DNA of 63,960 bases, counting the filler, from an uncultured bacterium (GTDB lineage: Bacteria > Latescibacterota > UBA2968): NCBI GenBank assembly GCA_964471275.1. It is 3 parts of 3 records of this genome, joined end to end, with 100 filler letters (N's around TTAATTAATTAA, not from the genome) between each part and the next. Parts side by side here need not be neighbours in the genome. Positions count along the whole stretch, not along the records: positions 1 to 25,951 come from CAYYGZ010000035.1; positions 26,052 to 51,936 come from CAYYGZ010000036.1; 1 more part is not named here. One strand, written 5' to 3'. Of the stretch, positions 20,368 to 31,152 are shown piece after piece. The notes under the pieces are model-generated. The model saw nothing but the letters and a program-made list of their open reading frames with translations, was not told the DNA's origin and did no database searches. The position numbers and the translations under genes are program-made. Position 1 is the first letter of the stretch. Each line of letters starts with the position of its first letter.

Positions 20368-21558
20368 TCACATACCCCACACCTTGACGCTATCCGGTTG
20401 TTTTCGACGTTCCGCGATCCACTCCAGATCAATCTCGATCCCAAACCCGGGTTGATCGTTCGGTACCAGATAGCCGTTCCGTATCACGGCAGTTCCGGGC
20501 AACCTCACCATATCCTCCAGCGGAACACCCGGGGCAGCCACGCCATCGGAGCGCTCTCCCCAGGTCGTTCCGCACGTTGCATAGACCAAGTGTTGTCCGT
20601 AGGGCCAGTTCATTCCGCCGTGGGGGATCACCTGGATGCCATTCACCTCCGCTATCCGGGCAATCCGCAGTTGCGACGTCAGCCCGCCGCACCAGAGTGT
20701 GTCCGGCTGAAACACGTCAACCAGCCGTCGTTCCGCTGCGACTGAGAACGTCGGTGGCAGATACCAGTGTTCACCGGTTGCCAGGCCCTGCCACGGGATT
20801 CGTTTCCGGACTTCCGCAAACCCGTTCATTTCCTCGGGCATCAGGTAGTCCTCGATCCACCTGAGTCGGTAAGGTCTCAGTCGCTCCGCCAGCCGCACCG
20901 TATACTCGACATCCAGGGCAAGCCAGCAATCGAGCATCAGCTCTGCCGAATCTCCAACCGTTTCACGCGCCTTGACGACAAGCTCTTCAGCTTCATTGAG
21001 CCCGGCGATCCCATCCACGGGACTGTGCGTCATCGGAAGCTTGTAGGCCTGGAACCCGAGCTCCTGATACCAGGCAACATCAAAACCTGTCGCGTAGCAG
21101 AAGATCTTCTCCTTCTGCGGACCGCCGAGCAACTCGTATACAGGCCGACCCAGCAACTTTCCTTTCAGATCCCACAGGGCCAGGTCCACCGCGCTGATCG
21201 CGTAGCTCGCAAGCCCTGTGCTCCCGTAGGGTGAGCTGATCCGCATCATCACATCGAAGTGTCGCTCCGTCGCAAAGCAATTCTCCCCGACCAGATGCTC
21301 GGCAAAATGCTCGTTGATGATCGGACAAACGGGCCCGCTGTAGCCACCAACCCCGAACCCAAACGTCCCATCTTCGGCCGTAACCAGGCACCCGATAATC
21401 GGCCACGACGCCATCCAAGACGATCGCTTCCCCTGATACTTCGGGTAGCGTGCCATCGGACTCGCAGGCTGACGATCGCCGCTCTGGTAGAACTGTCGCT
21501 CCACATTCGGCGACAGGTCGATAGGGAAGGCTTCTATGGACTTGATCTTCATTGCCAC
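20368..21558 (-). CDS. rhmD: L-rhamnonate dehydratase-like enolase-superfamily protein
   Basis: SPMARYPKY, ISAVDLALWDLKGK, LMLDCW, WIED, ATGEH, QPD, IPHG. Confidence 0.75.
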   Translation of the reverse strand: MAMKIKSIEAFPIDLSPNVERQFYQSGDRQPASPMARYPKYQGKRSSWMASWPIIGCLVTAEDGTFGFGVGGYSGPVCPIINEHFAEHLVGENCFATERHFDVMMRISSPYGSTGLASYAISAVDLALWDLKGKLLGRPVYELLGGPQKEKIFCYATGFDVAWYQELGFQAYKLPMTHSPVDGIAGLNEAEELVVKARETVGDSAELMLDCWLALDVEYTVRLAERLRPYRLRWIEDYLMPEEMNGFAEVRKRIPWQGLATGEHWYLPPTFSVAAERRLVDVFQPDTLWCGGLTSQLRIARIAEVNGIQVIPHGGMNWPYGQHLVYATCGTTWGERSDGVAAPGVPLEDMVRLPGTAVIRNGYLVPNDQPGFGIEIDLEWIAERRKQPDSVKVWGM

Positions 21559-21678
21559 TATCCTACGTGTTCAGTATGCAATCGGGTTCTGTGGGCAACA
21601 ACCTGTCCCTCGATACAATCGGCCTCCGGCCGATCACTCGGGATAAACGGTGGCTCCCAACTCACTACTGGCTACTCC

Positions 21679-22863
21679 CTATCGCCTCTGATGCGGTGCC
21701 ACGTAGTCTTCGGTCAGATCCGGCAGACTGTCATAATCACCGACCTCTACCAGATACATGTTCGCATATGAGGTCAGATCCGTGCTGTAGAGCACATACT
21801 TCCCGTCCGGCGTGAAGCGCGGATGACAGTGCGCATATTGATCGTTGAACGTGCTGCGGTGATAGGCAAGAATCTTCGGTCCGACATACTCGCTCCCATC
21901 CCACCGGAACAGCTGGATATACGGCTTCGCGTTCGACGTGAACGCATTCGTGCCATCACCTACCATCATCGTGTGATCGAAGCTCTGGAAATGCGTCGAG
22001 TGGAACGGGAAGCTTACCTCCGTGTGATCCTCGTTGTTCCACTTGATGTGACCGAAAACGTGTTCACCGCCGTCGTTCCGCGGTCTTCCGTGGTAACCGA
22101 TCGTCTCACCGTCGGCGAACCAGTACTCGTGACCCACACTGTAGTCGCCGTGTTGCTCTCGGATTTTCCACGCCTCTTTCGTCTGGATATTCAATCCCCA
22201 GATCCGCTGATCGATTCGGTGCCACGGTCCTTCGTGGCAGAACGTCACAATGTCGGGCTGAGTCGGCGAGGTGTTGATGTGACCCATACTGCGGCGATCT
22301 TCGTGAACCATCTCCCAATCTCCGCTCTCGATATTCACTTTGAAGATCTGCGAATGCGGTTTCCGTTCGAAATTGTTCACAAAGGATGAGTACGAATACG
22401 AAATCGTCTTCTTGCCCGTACTTGTCGCGGGCTCGGTCACAATCGAGCAGACGTGCTTGCCGTCAGCCGTCGGATTCGCCCGTCCTCCCGGCGCATACGG
22501 GGTATCCACTTCCGACACCACGCGCTCATCCAGACTGTCCAGCTTCAGCTCGATCAGCTTTCTGCCCCTGAAGTAGTAGACGGCCCCGTTCACCTCGCTC
22601 ACACACCCGCCAGGTCGACCCTCCGAACCCAGGTCCGTCATCTGCGTGATCTTGTGATCATCCAGATCGTAGCGGAACATATTCCCCTGGTTTTCCCGCT
22701 GCGACGTGAACACAAACGACCGGTCGTTGTTGAACCAGCACGGATCAGTGAAATAGAAATGGTTCGAATGTCCGAGGTAGTCTGTCAGCCGTGTCACCCT
22801 CCGCCCGCTACACGGATCTTCATACTCGAAAACCGGATCCTCGTATAGCCTGCCTTTGCCCAT
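21679..22863 (-). CDS. Oligogalacturonate lyase family (PL22-like) beta-propeller
   Basis: GRRVTRLT, HFYFT, FCHEGPW..IDQRIW, VGHEYW, HCHPRFTPDGK. Confidence 0.8.
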   Translation of the reverse strand: MGKGRLYEDPVFEYEDPCSGRRVTRLTDYLGHSNHFYFTDPCWFNNDRSFVFTSQRENQGNMFRYDLDDHKITQMTDLGSEGRPGGCVSEVNGAVYYFRGRKLIELKLDSLDERVVSEVDTPYAPGGRANPTADGKHVCSIVTEPATSTGKKTISYSYSSFVNNFERKPHSQIFKVNIESGDWEMVHEDRRSMGHINTSPTQPDIVTFCHEGPWHRIDQRIWGLNIQTKEAWKIREQHGDYSVGHEYWFADGETIGYHGRPRNDGGEHVFGHIKWNNEDHTEVSFPFHSTHFQSFDHTMMVGDGTNAFTSNAKPYIQLFRWDGSEYVGPKILAYHRSTFNDQYAHCHPRFTPDGKYVLYSTDLTSYANMYLVEVGDYDSLPDLTEDYVAPHQRR

Positions 22864-22953
22864 CGTCTTGTCTCCCGTCATCCTGTCTGCCCACCGGAGC
22901 ACTTTGCGAAGGTGGGAGCATCGCGAAGAATCCCTCTGGAATCTCCGCCATCC

Positions 22954-23865
22954 TCATCCATCATCATTTGTCACTTGTCTTTGATCAGCCTCTTCCCCCC
23001 ACCTCTCCCACTGCTTCTCCCCGATCCCCTTTACGTAGTCCTCGCCCTTCTGTTCTTCCAGCCACGTCTTCAACGGCACATCCGCATCGGTCGGCTGCCA
23101 CCACCCCTTCACATCCACGCCATCTCCGAGCATCTGACGCCGAATTGGATCACATTTCGCCAGAATCTCTTCCGGAATCACGTTGTAGTCCAGACCCCGC
23201 AGCCACCGGTAGCTGTATCCCAGGAACAGAACCTTGCGCGTAATATCTGACGTATTCATCCCCCGTGCGTGCCACATCCGGCGGTCGAACAGGACGGCGG
23301 TGCCTGCTTTGCCTTTGCCCTGGATCGCGCCCTCATAGAGGCCACCCGGATTCCTCTCCGGCGGTCTGTCCCGTTTGTGGCTCCCGGGTATCAGGTATGT
23401 GCCCCCGTTCTCCGATTCACTCACATCCGTCAGCCAGAAAGCAACCTTCAGCGAAAGCCGGGGTTGGGGTCGCTCCATCTCCGGCACGGGTCTGCCGCCA
23501 TCCTGGTGCCACCCTCCCGGTCTCAGATCGACGCTCCCTTTCGCTTCGGGCGGGTAGTAGATCAAGTGCGAGATATAGTGCTGAACGTTCCACCCCAGAA
23601 TATCCCAGATCAGTGGAAACGTCTTCGGCCAGTCCAGCAACTCAAGGAACACATCATCCTCGACGATCGTCCGAAACTTTGCCATCAACGCACCCGGGTC
23701 GATGCCCCTCTTCTTCCGCTCTTCACGATCCACCCGATCACCAGCCTCCAGCAATCTCCCGAGGATCTCATCATCCAGCGCATCGGGCACGACCAGGTAT
23801 CCCTCCTGGTCAAACTGCTCCTTCTGTTCGGCCGTCATACAATTGCAAAGGCAACTGACGTCCAC
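22954..23865 (-). CDS. Phytanoyl-CoA dioxygenase family (Fe/2OG) protein
   Basis: FDQEGYLVV, WHQD, IPGSH, FDRRMWH. Confidence 0.9.
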   Translation of the reverse strand: MDVSCLCNCMTAEQKEQFDQEGYLVVPDALDDEILGRLLEAGDRVDREERKKRGIDPGALMAKFRTIVEDDVFLELLDWPKTFPLIWDILGWNVQHYISHLIYYPPEAKGSVDLRPGGWHQDGGRPVPEMERPQPRLSLKVAFWLTDVSESENGGTYLIPGSHKRDRPPERNPGGLYEGAIQGKGKAGTAVLFDRRMWHARGMNTSDITRKVLFLGYSYRWLRGLDYNVIPEEILAKCDPIRRQMLGDGVDVKGWWQPTDADVPLKTWLEEQKGEDYVKGIGEKQWERWGEEADQRQVTNDDG

Positions 23866-24073
23866 AGTCACACCCCCTTTACGCTCTGTACTCTGCACTC
23901 CAGTCCCTGAACTCGCCTCGTCTTTGCATCGTTCCTACGCCTCAAACGCCCCAAGATCCACATCAACGGATCGCGGCCCGTCCGGTTAGGCCAGCAGCAG
24001 GCTGCCGTGATCTTGCCCATCTGTGTCTCCGCGGCCTCAGCGCTCTCCGCGTTAAATGTCTTGCTCTCTATCC

Positions 24074-25168
24074 CTACCTTTCCGATTGCAGAACCTCGAA
24101 CATCCTTTTCGCGACAACTGATGCCTCTCCGGGTTCCATCATATAGGGCATGAACTCGACACCGGTCTCGTGCGTGAACACCTCGATCCTGGGCTCGCCA
24201 TCGGAGAGGGCGTGTTGTGCCTGGTTGGGTGTCAACTCCACGTGTTTGGCGTCCCACCCGACCTTCAGGATGGGTGCAACGTTCGAGCGTCCCGGTGTCT
24301 GGATCTCCCTTGTGACCGTCGGCACGACCTGAACGGCTTCCCAGATCTCATCCAGCCAACCTTCCCACATCTTCCACTCCGCATCGTGATCGCGCTTGAC
24401 CCACATCTCGACCGCAGCGAGCAGACCCATCACCTCTTCTTTGCCTGCCTTCATCGGGCGACCGATGGAATGATGCGGCGCCCCGTGCAGGAACGCCGTC
24501 CACAGCAGATCGCGCTTTCCCAGCACAAGTCCGGCCGCCTGAGGTCCGCGCAAACATTTGCCGCCGCTATAGGCCACAGCGTCTGCACCTTCCTCGAGAT
24601 AACAGTTCGGTACGTCGGGCCGCTCTGCAGCCGCATCTACAAAAACAGGAATTCCTTCCCGCTTCCCGATCGCCACCATCTCGGCGACAGAAACGTCCCC
24701 TCGATCCGCTGCATCACCAAAAACCGCCAACATTGTCGTCTTCTCTCCAACCGCGGCCTCCATCTCCTGGAGCGTGTCGACTTCGACGATCTTCGCCCCC
24801 GTCATCCGGATCGCGTGGTTGTAGACATGTTGATGCTTCTTCTGCAGCACCACCTCGTTCTTCATCCCCGTCGTGTCCGGCAGTTGGGCGATCCCTTTTT
24901 GGTCATCTCCTGCCATACACGCGCTGGTCACCTGGCAGATTGCCGCCGCGCACCCATTAGTCACCAGCCCGAACTCACACTGCATCACCTCCGCGATCCG
25001 TTCACCCACCTTCTCCATCAGTTCATCGAGGTGAACATACCGTTTCGAGGCCGCCTCCATCGCCGCCTTCACCTCCGGCAAGGACACCGACCCGCTGATG
25101 ATCGTGTACGTTCCTCGACAGTTGATCAAGGGACGCACCCCGATTGATTCGTATGTTGGGAATGTCAT
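24074..25168 (-). CDS. SelA-like PLP-dependent enzyme (DgaE/selenocysteine synthase-like family)
   Basis: GVRPLINCRGTYT, VFVDAAAE, YSGGKCLRGPQ, IGRPMKAGKEE. Start moved to ATG 25168 because the longer ORF reads through a repeat. Confidence 0.85.
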   Translation of the reverse strand: MTFPTYESIGVRPLINCRGTYTIISGSVSLPEVKAAMEAASKRYVHLDELMEKVGERIAEVMQCEFGLVTNGCAAAICQVTSACMAGDDQKGIAQLPDTTGMKNEVVLQKKHQHVYNHAIRMTGAKIVEVDTLQEMEAAVGEKTTMLAVFGDAADRGDVSVAEMVAIGKREGIPVFVDAAAERPDVPNCYLEEGADAVAYSGGKCLRGPQAAGLVLGKRDLLWTAFLHGAPHHSIGRPMKAGKEEVMGLLAAVEMWVKRDHDAEWKMWEGWLDEIWEAVQVVPTVTREIQTPGRSNVAPILKVGWDAKHVELTPNQAQHALSDGEPRIEVFTHETGVEFMPYMMEPGEASVVAKRMFEVLQSER

Positions 25169-25171
25169 CCT

Positions 25172-25198
25172 GTCATCCTGAGCAAAGCGAAGGATCTC
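25172..25198 (+). repeat. One arm of a GTCATCCTGAGC..AGCGAAGGATCT-type palindromic intergenic repeat
   Basis: GTCATCCTGAGCAAAGCGAAGGATCTC matches a widespread bacterial small repeat (reads EILRFAQDD on the minus strand). Confidence 0.6.
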
Positions 25199-25324
25199 TT
25201 CGCGATCTGGACCACCCACTCGTGTCGCACTGGACACCCGGAGCCGAAATCTTCCCTGAACCTATCTGCTACAAAGACTTGCCGTAGACTTTCAATCCTC
25301 AATCATCACTCATCCATCCTCGAT

Positions 25325-25883
25325 CTAAAGATTCCCCTTCACCCACTCCACCATTTGATCGATGTAGAGCTGTAGCAGAACCGTGTGCGACGTGTGATAC
25401 CACACAATCGCCTCCGGATCGTCTCCCATCAGATGGTCCGGCACAAAGCCGAGCTCGCTATACCGGATCATCGCATCACCGATCGCCAGAACATCCTCGC
25501 CGACCGGGACCAGGAAGGCCGTCTCCTCAGGACACAGTACCCCAACTTCCAGTGCCTCAACTCCCCCTGGCAGGACATCTCCGTGTTGGAACCCTTTGGG
25601 TTCGATGTCCATATCCACAAACTCGTGAAGACCTGACGCGTGACACCAAACCGTGCACGCGAATCGTTCGACAAACCACGAAATCCCACGATCGTGCAGC
25701 CGGTTTGTCATAAAGATTATGTTCGGGTTCACGACCGTCGAACCAGTTCGCCTCAACCACAGGAACCATCGGGTCGATCAGACACGGCGGTTCTGTTGCC
25801 GAGATATAGGTGGAATGGACGTCGTGTTCGATGCCTGCATGGTGAGCCACGTAGTCGTATACACCGGGAATGATCTCATTCAT
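25325..25883 (-). pseudogene. Metallo-beta-lactamase-fold protein, frameshifted and truncated
   Basis: MNEIIPGVY...CLIDPMVP and IFMTNRLHDR...LAIGDAM lie in different frames; the C-terminus looks replaced. Confidence 0.65.
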
Positions 25884-25951
25884 CAGGACCTGCCTTCTCG
25901 TCTACTTACCCCACAACCAACGCAGCTAGGTGAACGTATCGCCATACTGGA

Positions 25952-26051
25952 NNNNNNNNNNNNNNNNNNNNNNNNNNNNNNNNNNNNNNNNNNNNTTAAT
26001 TAATTAANNNNNNNNNNNNNNNNNNNNNNNNNNNNNNNNNNNNNNNNNNNN
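25952..26051. other. Artificial scaffold linker
   Basis: N-run + TTAATTAATTAA (stops in all frames) + N-run. Confidence 0.98.
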
Positions 26052-26879
26052 GATGGGGACAGGCTGAAGCGAGAGTGCGGCCTGATTGCCTATGCGGTAA
26101 GCAAAGGTATTGCCGCACTCGAACCGATCTCCACGGTGTCAGGCGAGTGCTTTGAGGGTAACGACTCCGGGCTGTGGACACTCACTTCCTTTGCCCCCGG
26201 ATTCCAGAATGACCGAGAGTCTATGTCCAGTGCCCAGGATCGCGGTATGGGACGCTGCCTCGCCAGGCTCCTTCGGGGACTCTCGGACTGCCCGCGTCGA
26301 TTGGCGAAGCCGCAGTCGTTCGCTGTCGACGTCAGCCGGACGCTATTAGAATTCAACCGATGCGAGGATTTGATCCGTGCGCAGGACAATCAAACACGAG
26401 ATGAAACCTACGCACTCGATCGTTTGAACGGACGGCGTCGATGGATCGAGACGCATCCTGAAGAGACGACATCCGGTCTCACGGATTTACCGCAGCAGGT
26501 TATCCACGGAGACTACCAGGAGAAGAATGTCTTCTTCGATGACAACGGAGATGTTGTCGCCTTGATCGATTGGGAGAAGGCCTGTCTTGCGCCATCCGAA
26601 TGGGAGATCATCCGCACACTGGATCTGGTGATGCAGTTCGATGTGGAAAGAGGGAAGACATTTGTGGAAGGCTACCAGGAAGAAGCCCCGCTCGATCTCG
26701 ACACACTCGACCGAGCCGCCTGGGCATACGGAGTCATGCGAACCCACGATCTCTGGCTGTTCCGAGAGATCTACGAACGGGGTCACGATCGTGTACGCAG
26801 GTTCCTGAGCCCGGGGCCCTTCCGGCCCATCTATGACCGCTGGGCGCCGTTACGTGACAAACTGACCACGTTGGGATAA
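26052..26879 (+). CDS. APH / type II homoserine kinase-like phosphotransferase (5' partial)
   Basis: Open from the scaffold edge; IHGDYQEKNV and LIDWE motifs. Confidence 0.85.
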   Translation, partial: DGDRLKRECGLIAYAVSKGIAALEPISTVSGECFEGNDSGLWTLTSFAPGFQNDRESMSSAQDRGMGRCLARLLRGLSDCPRRLAKPQSFAVDVSRTLLEFNRCEDLIRAQDNQTRDETYALDRLNGRRRWIETHPEETTSGLTDLPQQVIHGDYQEKNVFFDDNGDVVALIDWEKACLAPSEWEIIRTLDLVMQFDVERGKTFVEGYQEEAPLDLDTLDRAAWAYGVMRTHDLWLFREIYERGHDRVRRFLSPGPFRPIYDRWAPLRDKLTTLG

Positions 26880-27446
26880 TCGGTCGGGAGCTCAACCGGG
26901 GACGAAGAAGTGATGATTCTCCGTTTGGTTGGCCGCAGGTAGTCCCCACGACAACACTTCAGCGAAGCGATCTTCTCGTCCCCGGCAGGGAGGTCGTATT
27001 TCTACTAGAGCCCTGTTTGAATCGACCACTGAACACGGTAGTTCACGGTTCTCAGCACCAGCGGCGACATCAGATCTGACGCCTGTCCAGCACACAGCAC
27101 AATGTCGCCGATCGGGACGTCTACATATGCCTTGCGCAGCATCGTGCGGTTCTTGTTCTCGGCGCCTCCCCCGTAGAAATCAAATTCGATAATGCCGGAC
27201 ATCTGCTCACGCTTTATACGCAAACCGAGGCACGTCTGTCTTGCGGTTATTTTTGTGGTCGCCGTGTGATCCCCGGCGGTTTGGGGTCTCACGTGCATCG
27301 CAAAGTTTCCGTGACTCGACAACGCGCTGTCGCAGCCCAGGTCGATTTTGAAGTATCCGTATGGCACCACCTCGAGATCCTTTTGGGTGGTGGCGGTTCC
27401 GGCGATCAGCGCTGTGAGTAATAAGACCAGAGTTGTTCGTCTCAGG
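26880..27446 (-). pseudogene. DcaP-like outer-membrane porin remnant
   Basis: GGAGAA SD, start appears as CTG, signal peptide RRTTLVLLLTALIAG, then PYGYFKID, TARQTCLGL, IEFDFYG, LRKAYV, AGQ; truncated. Confidence 0.6.
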
Positions 27447-27505
27447 GGTCTTCTCCAATGTTGCGAAGAGCTTGTCAGGGGTTAGTCTACGCTGCTTGCT
27501 TGGAT

Positions 27506-27706
27506 ACCTGCATCCGTTACGTCGCCGACAAAACTGATCGCCCGTTTCTCCCCTGTGAATTCATTGATTGTCGAAGTCACTTTCTTGACCCCATCGCTTG
27601 CATCGACGAGCGCGACGCTTGTCGCACCACGCTTTGTGAGTTCCACCGCAACGGCCTGCCCGCCCGCCGCACAGGTTACCACAACCGCTCTTTCCTCGAT
27701 ATTCAT
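27506..27706 (-). pseudogene. SDR oxidoreductase (FabG/PhaB-like), N-terminal fragment
   Basis: MNIEERAVVVTCAAGGQAVA (degenerate TGxxxGxG) ... VALVD ... GDVTDAG. Confidence 0.75.
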
Positions 27707-27764
27707 GGATCGCCCTTTTCCTTGGGTTGCCGGAATGCACTCCCGAATGTGTTGAACAATAGCC

Positions 27765-28225
27765 CTTTATGACACGACGAACAGCGCGCATACGACGCTG
27801 GAAGGGATCCGGACCCGTATAAAGGAAGGGGCAGAAGTACGGATAACAGACTCGCGATCGGGAGCCGACATCACGTCGAAAGTCCTCGCACAGATCATCC
27901 TCGAATCCGACAGCCCGAAGCTGGACCACTTACCTGCGCCCGTTCTGGCACACATGATCCGCGGCAGAGAAAGCGTGGTGGGGTACTTCATCAAGAATTA
28001 CCTGTCACGAGCCTACGAGCTCTTTCAGAAAACCCATCGCCAATGGCAGGCCGCTACTTCCATCCCTCCCCCGTGACGGCCTGGACTCAAACGATGATGA
28101 ACCTTGTTTCGACAACTCCCGCCGCACCGTCGGCGCCGGATCTGGGACCCGACGACCTTGCCAGCCGACTTCGCGGCCTCGAGAAACAGCTTGATGCCCT
28201 GCGGGACCAAATCGGTGAGAAATAG
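27765..28225 (+). pseudogene. phaR: PHA synthesis repressor PhaR, N-terminally deleted and frameshifted
   Basis: Startless frame LYDTTNSAHTTLEGIRTRIKEGAEVRITDSRSGADITSKVLAQIILE; the coiled-coil tail LASRLRGLEKQLDAL is in another frame. Confidence 0.75.
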
Positions 28226-28348
28226 TCATCCGGTTCTATGCGAACGCATAAAACAACCATTGGCCTCCAGTCGCGGTCGGGGTATCATTCCTCTATCCCA
28301 CTCTCGATAGCACAACAAGCCAACCACACACGTCGACACATCTCACGA

Positions 28349-28807
28349 ATGGAGGTCTGTATTGCCGCAGCAACAGCACCCGAATCGTTCGAGCAGGCAA
28401 TCGCGAAATTTGAGGAGGCGGTCAAGGCCGGTTTGAAGATGCAAGAGGAAGCGTCGAGCGCGTGGTCCGAGATTCTGTCCGGCGCGGGCACGCCGCAGGA
28501 TCGGCAGACACGCTTCGATGACGTCGTGAAGGAGAGCATCCCGAAAGCCCAGGAGAACTTCGACACGATGCCCAAATCCATCGAAAGCAAATACACGTCC
28601 AGCCTTGACCTCCTCAAGAAGGCTATGGAAGCTGCTCAGGCCACCTCCTTCGACGAGTCAAAGAACAGGACAGAGGTGCTCTGGGAACGCTCGATCCAGG
28701 CGATGCGAGAGAACACACAGACCATGGTTCAGGCGAACGCAAAGATCAGTGAGGCCTGGACGGATCTGATGACAAAGCCGAACGGCAAGCCCAAATCCGA
28801 AGCCTAG
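28349..28807 (+). CDS. Phasin-like helical protein
   Basis: Amphipathic A/E/K/Q-rich helices; lies between phaR and thiolase; start uncertain. Confidence 0.55.
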   Translation: MEVCIAAATAPESFEQAIAKFEEAVKAGLKMQEEASSAWSEILSGAGTPQDRQTRFDDVVKESIPKAQENFDTMPKSIESKYTSSLDLLKKAMEAAQATSFDESKNRTEVLWERSIQAMRENTQTMVQANAKISEAWTDLMTKPNGKPKSEA

Positions 28808-28839
28808 CCGGCCACCAAAACTGCAGGGAGGACAGGTCC

Positions 28840-30018
28840 ATGGCGGGAGAGATCTATCTGTCGGGTACGGCACGCACACCGATTGGGAGTTTCAGTGGCG
28901 CATTTGCCGACACGCCCGCGGCCGTGCTGGGTGCGGCCAGTGTAAAAGCGACACTCGAGCGTTCGGGTGTTCCAGCGGAGAACGTCGACGAGGTCATCTT
29001 CGGAAATGTCCTATCTGCCGGCCAGGGCCAGAACGTGGCACGCCAGGTAACGATCAGCGCCGGCATCAGCGATTCAGTGAGTGCAACGACCGTCAACAAG
29101 GTCTGCGGGTCTGGCCTCAAGGCCGTGATGTTCGCATCTCAGGCCATCCAGTGCGGCGATGCAATGACCATCATCGCCGGCGGGACTGAGAACATGTCTT
29201 GCGCGCCGTATCTCCTGCCCAAAGCCCGCGCAGGTTATCGGATGGGAAACGGTGAGCTTGTTGACAGCATGATTCACGACGGTCTCTGGGATGTCTACAA
29301 CGACACCCACATGGGTGTTTTTGGCGACCGAACAGCAGAAGGCAGTGATATCTCTCGGGAGGACCAGGACGACTTTGCCGTCGCCAGTTACGAACGCGCG
29401 TTGAAAGCCACCGATTCGGGCACCTTCGCCCGAGAGATCGTATCTGTCGAGGTGGCCACGCGCAGATCGACAACTACGGTCTCGATCGATGAGGAGCCGC
29501 AGCGTTTTGACGAGAACAAACTCCGCGCACTCCGGCCCGCTTTCGACAAGGAGGGTTCAGTAACCGCAGGCAACGCATCCAGCATCAACGACGGTGCCGC
29601 CTCGATCGTCGTGCAATCGAAGGAGTCTCTCGAACTGAATGGCAACACCCCCCAGGTCCGAATACTCGGATATGCTACCTATTCCCGTGAGCCGGAATGG
29701 TTCACGCTCGCACCGATCGGTGCGATCAGAAGACTTCTGGAAAAGCTGAGTTTGTCAGTCAAGGACATCGACCTGTTCGAGATCAATGAAGCCTTCTCTG
29801 CCGTTGCACTCGCGGCGATGAAGGAGCTTGATATCTCGCACGACAGGGTTAACGTCCACGGTGGCGCCGTCGCCCTGGGCCATCCGATCGGGGCCAGCGG
29901 TGCACGCACTCTCGTCACCCTGATCAACGCGATGGAAACACGCAATGCCCGTATCGGTATCGACACCCTCTGCATCGGCGGCGGCGAAGCCGTTGCCATG
30001 GCTGTTGAACGCGTTTAG
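28840..30018 (+). CDS. phaA: Acetyl-CoA acetyltransferase (thiolase)
   Basis: NKVCGSG, NEAF, GHPIGASG, LCIGGGEA. Confidence 0.9.
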   Translation: MAGEIYLSGTARTPIGSFSGAFADTPAAVLGAASVKATLERSGVPAENVDEVIFGNVLSAGQGQNVARQVTISAGISDSVSATTVNKVCGSGLKAVMFASQAIQCGDAMTIIAGGTENMSCAPYLLPKARAGYRMGNGELVDSMIHDGLWDVYNDTHMGVFGDRTAEGSDISREDQDDFAVASYERALKATDSGTFAREIVSVEVATRRSTTTVSIDEEPQRFDENKLRALRPAFDKEGSVTAGNASSINDGAASIVVQSKESLELNGNTPQVRILGYATYSREPEWFTLAPIGAIRRLLEKLSLSVKDIDLFEINEAFSAVALAAMKELDISHDRVNVHGGAVALGHPIGASGARTLVTLINAMETRNARIGIDTLCIGGGEAVAMAVERV

Positions 30019-30019
30019 T

Positions 30020-30993
30020 CGACTCTCGAAGATCCCCGAGTTGGCGCAGAAGGTCCAGGCCGTGAAGAAGGGCGTAACGCCGAGCGAGGTCGTCTACGAA
30101 CGAGACAAGCTCAAACTCCTCCGGTATACACTGAATGGTCCGCCCACACACAAGACACCGATCGTCTTCGCCCTCGTCAACCGTCTCTACATCCTTGATC
30201 TCATGGAAGGCCGGAGTGTGGTCAGCCACTTCGTAAACAACGGGCTTGATGCTTGCCTTATTGACAGGGGTAAGCTGACCGCCAGGGACCAACACCTGCG
30301 CCTGGAAGATTACGTCAACGGGTATCTCGATAATGTGATCGATACGATCCGTGATCGCACGGGATCAGAGAAGGTGAGCGTGCTGGGCTACTGCTTGGGA
30401 GGCACGATGAGCTCCATGTATACGGCCACCCACCAGGAGAAAGTTCGCAATCTCATCCTCCTCGCCGCAGAAATCGATTTCGCCACAGATGAGGGGCTCC
30501 TCAACCTGTGGACAAAACCGGAGCATTTCGANNNNNNNNNNCTCCTTCCAGCTTCTCAAGCCGATCACGAACACGATTGAGAAACCCCTGAGCTTCTACG
30601 AGAACCTCGACGACGATGCGTTCATCGCAGATTTTCTGACGATGGAGACGTGGCTAAACGACACATCCCGTCGCGGGTGAGACGTTCCGGCAATTCGTAA
30701 AACTCCTGTATCAGCAGAACCTGCTGACCAAGAACGAATTTCCCCTTGATTGGGAGATCGTAGATCTCCGGAATATCACGTGTCCCGTTCTCAACCTTAT
30801 GGCGCAGTTCGATGACCTGGTGCTTTGCGCTCAGAGCCTGCCCTTCAACGACTGCGTGGGATCAAGCGATCGCAAGGCGATCTCACTGAAGGCCGGACAC
30901 ATCGGTCTCGCGATCGGCTCACGGGCACACAAGAAGAGGGCCCGGAGCTCCGCTTTGGACCCTCTTCTTGTGCCAAAACATTCACTCCTTTAG
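30020..30993 (+). pseudogene. phaC: Class III PHA synthase PhaC, startless and frameshifted, spanning an N gap
   Basis: GVTPSEVVY, ALVNR.YILDL, lipase box GYCLGG, WLND..GETFRQF (frameshift near 30665), DDLV, GHIG. Confidence 0.85.
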
Positions 30994-31031
30994 ATAATCA
31001 CATCTAATATTTCGATACTTTTTTTATTTTA

Positions 31032-31060
31032 TTGACTAATTCTAATGCGTTCGGTAAATT
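31032..31060 (+). promoter_or_regulatory. Putative sigma70 promoter
   Basis: TTGACT-17 nt-TAAATT in an AT-rich intergenic region. Confidence 0.55.
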
Positions 31061-31152
31061 TATAGATAGATTGGAGTTACACGAATACCGGGAGGGCGCC
31101 AAAGGCTGATTTTTTGTGTGCTAGGGGCTACATCTGGGAAGGGAGTTACACC

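Noticed and set aside
24074..25168. Selenocysteine synthase SelA indicating a Sec system
   Set aside because: It is short, lacks the SelA N-terminal domain, has no selB/selC/selD nearby, and fits the SelA-like/DgaE family better.
25952..26051. TTAATTAATTAA palindrome as a biological site (also 51937-52036)
   Set aside because: It is flanked by N-runs and is a standard six-frame-stop contig linker; genes across it are not neighbours.
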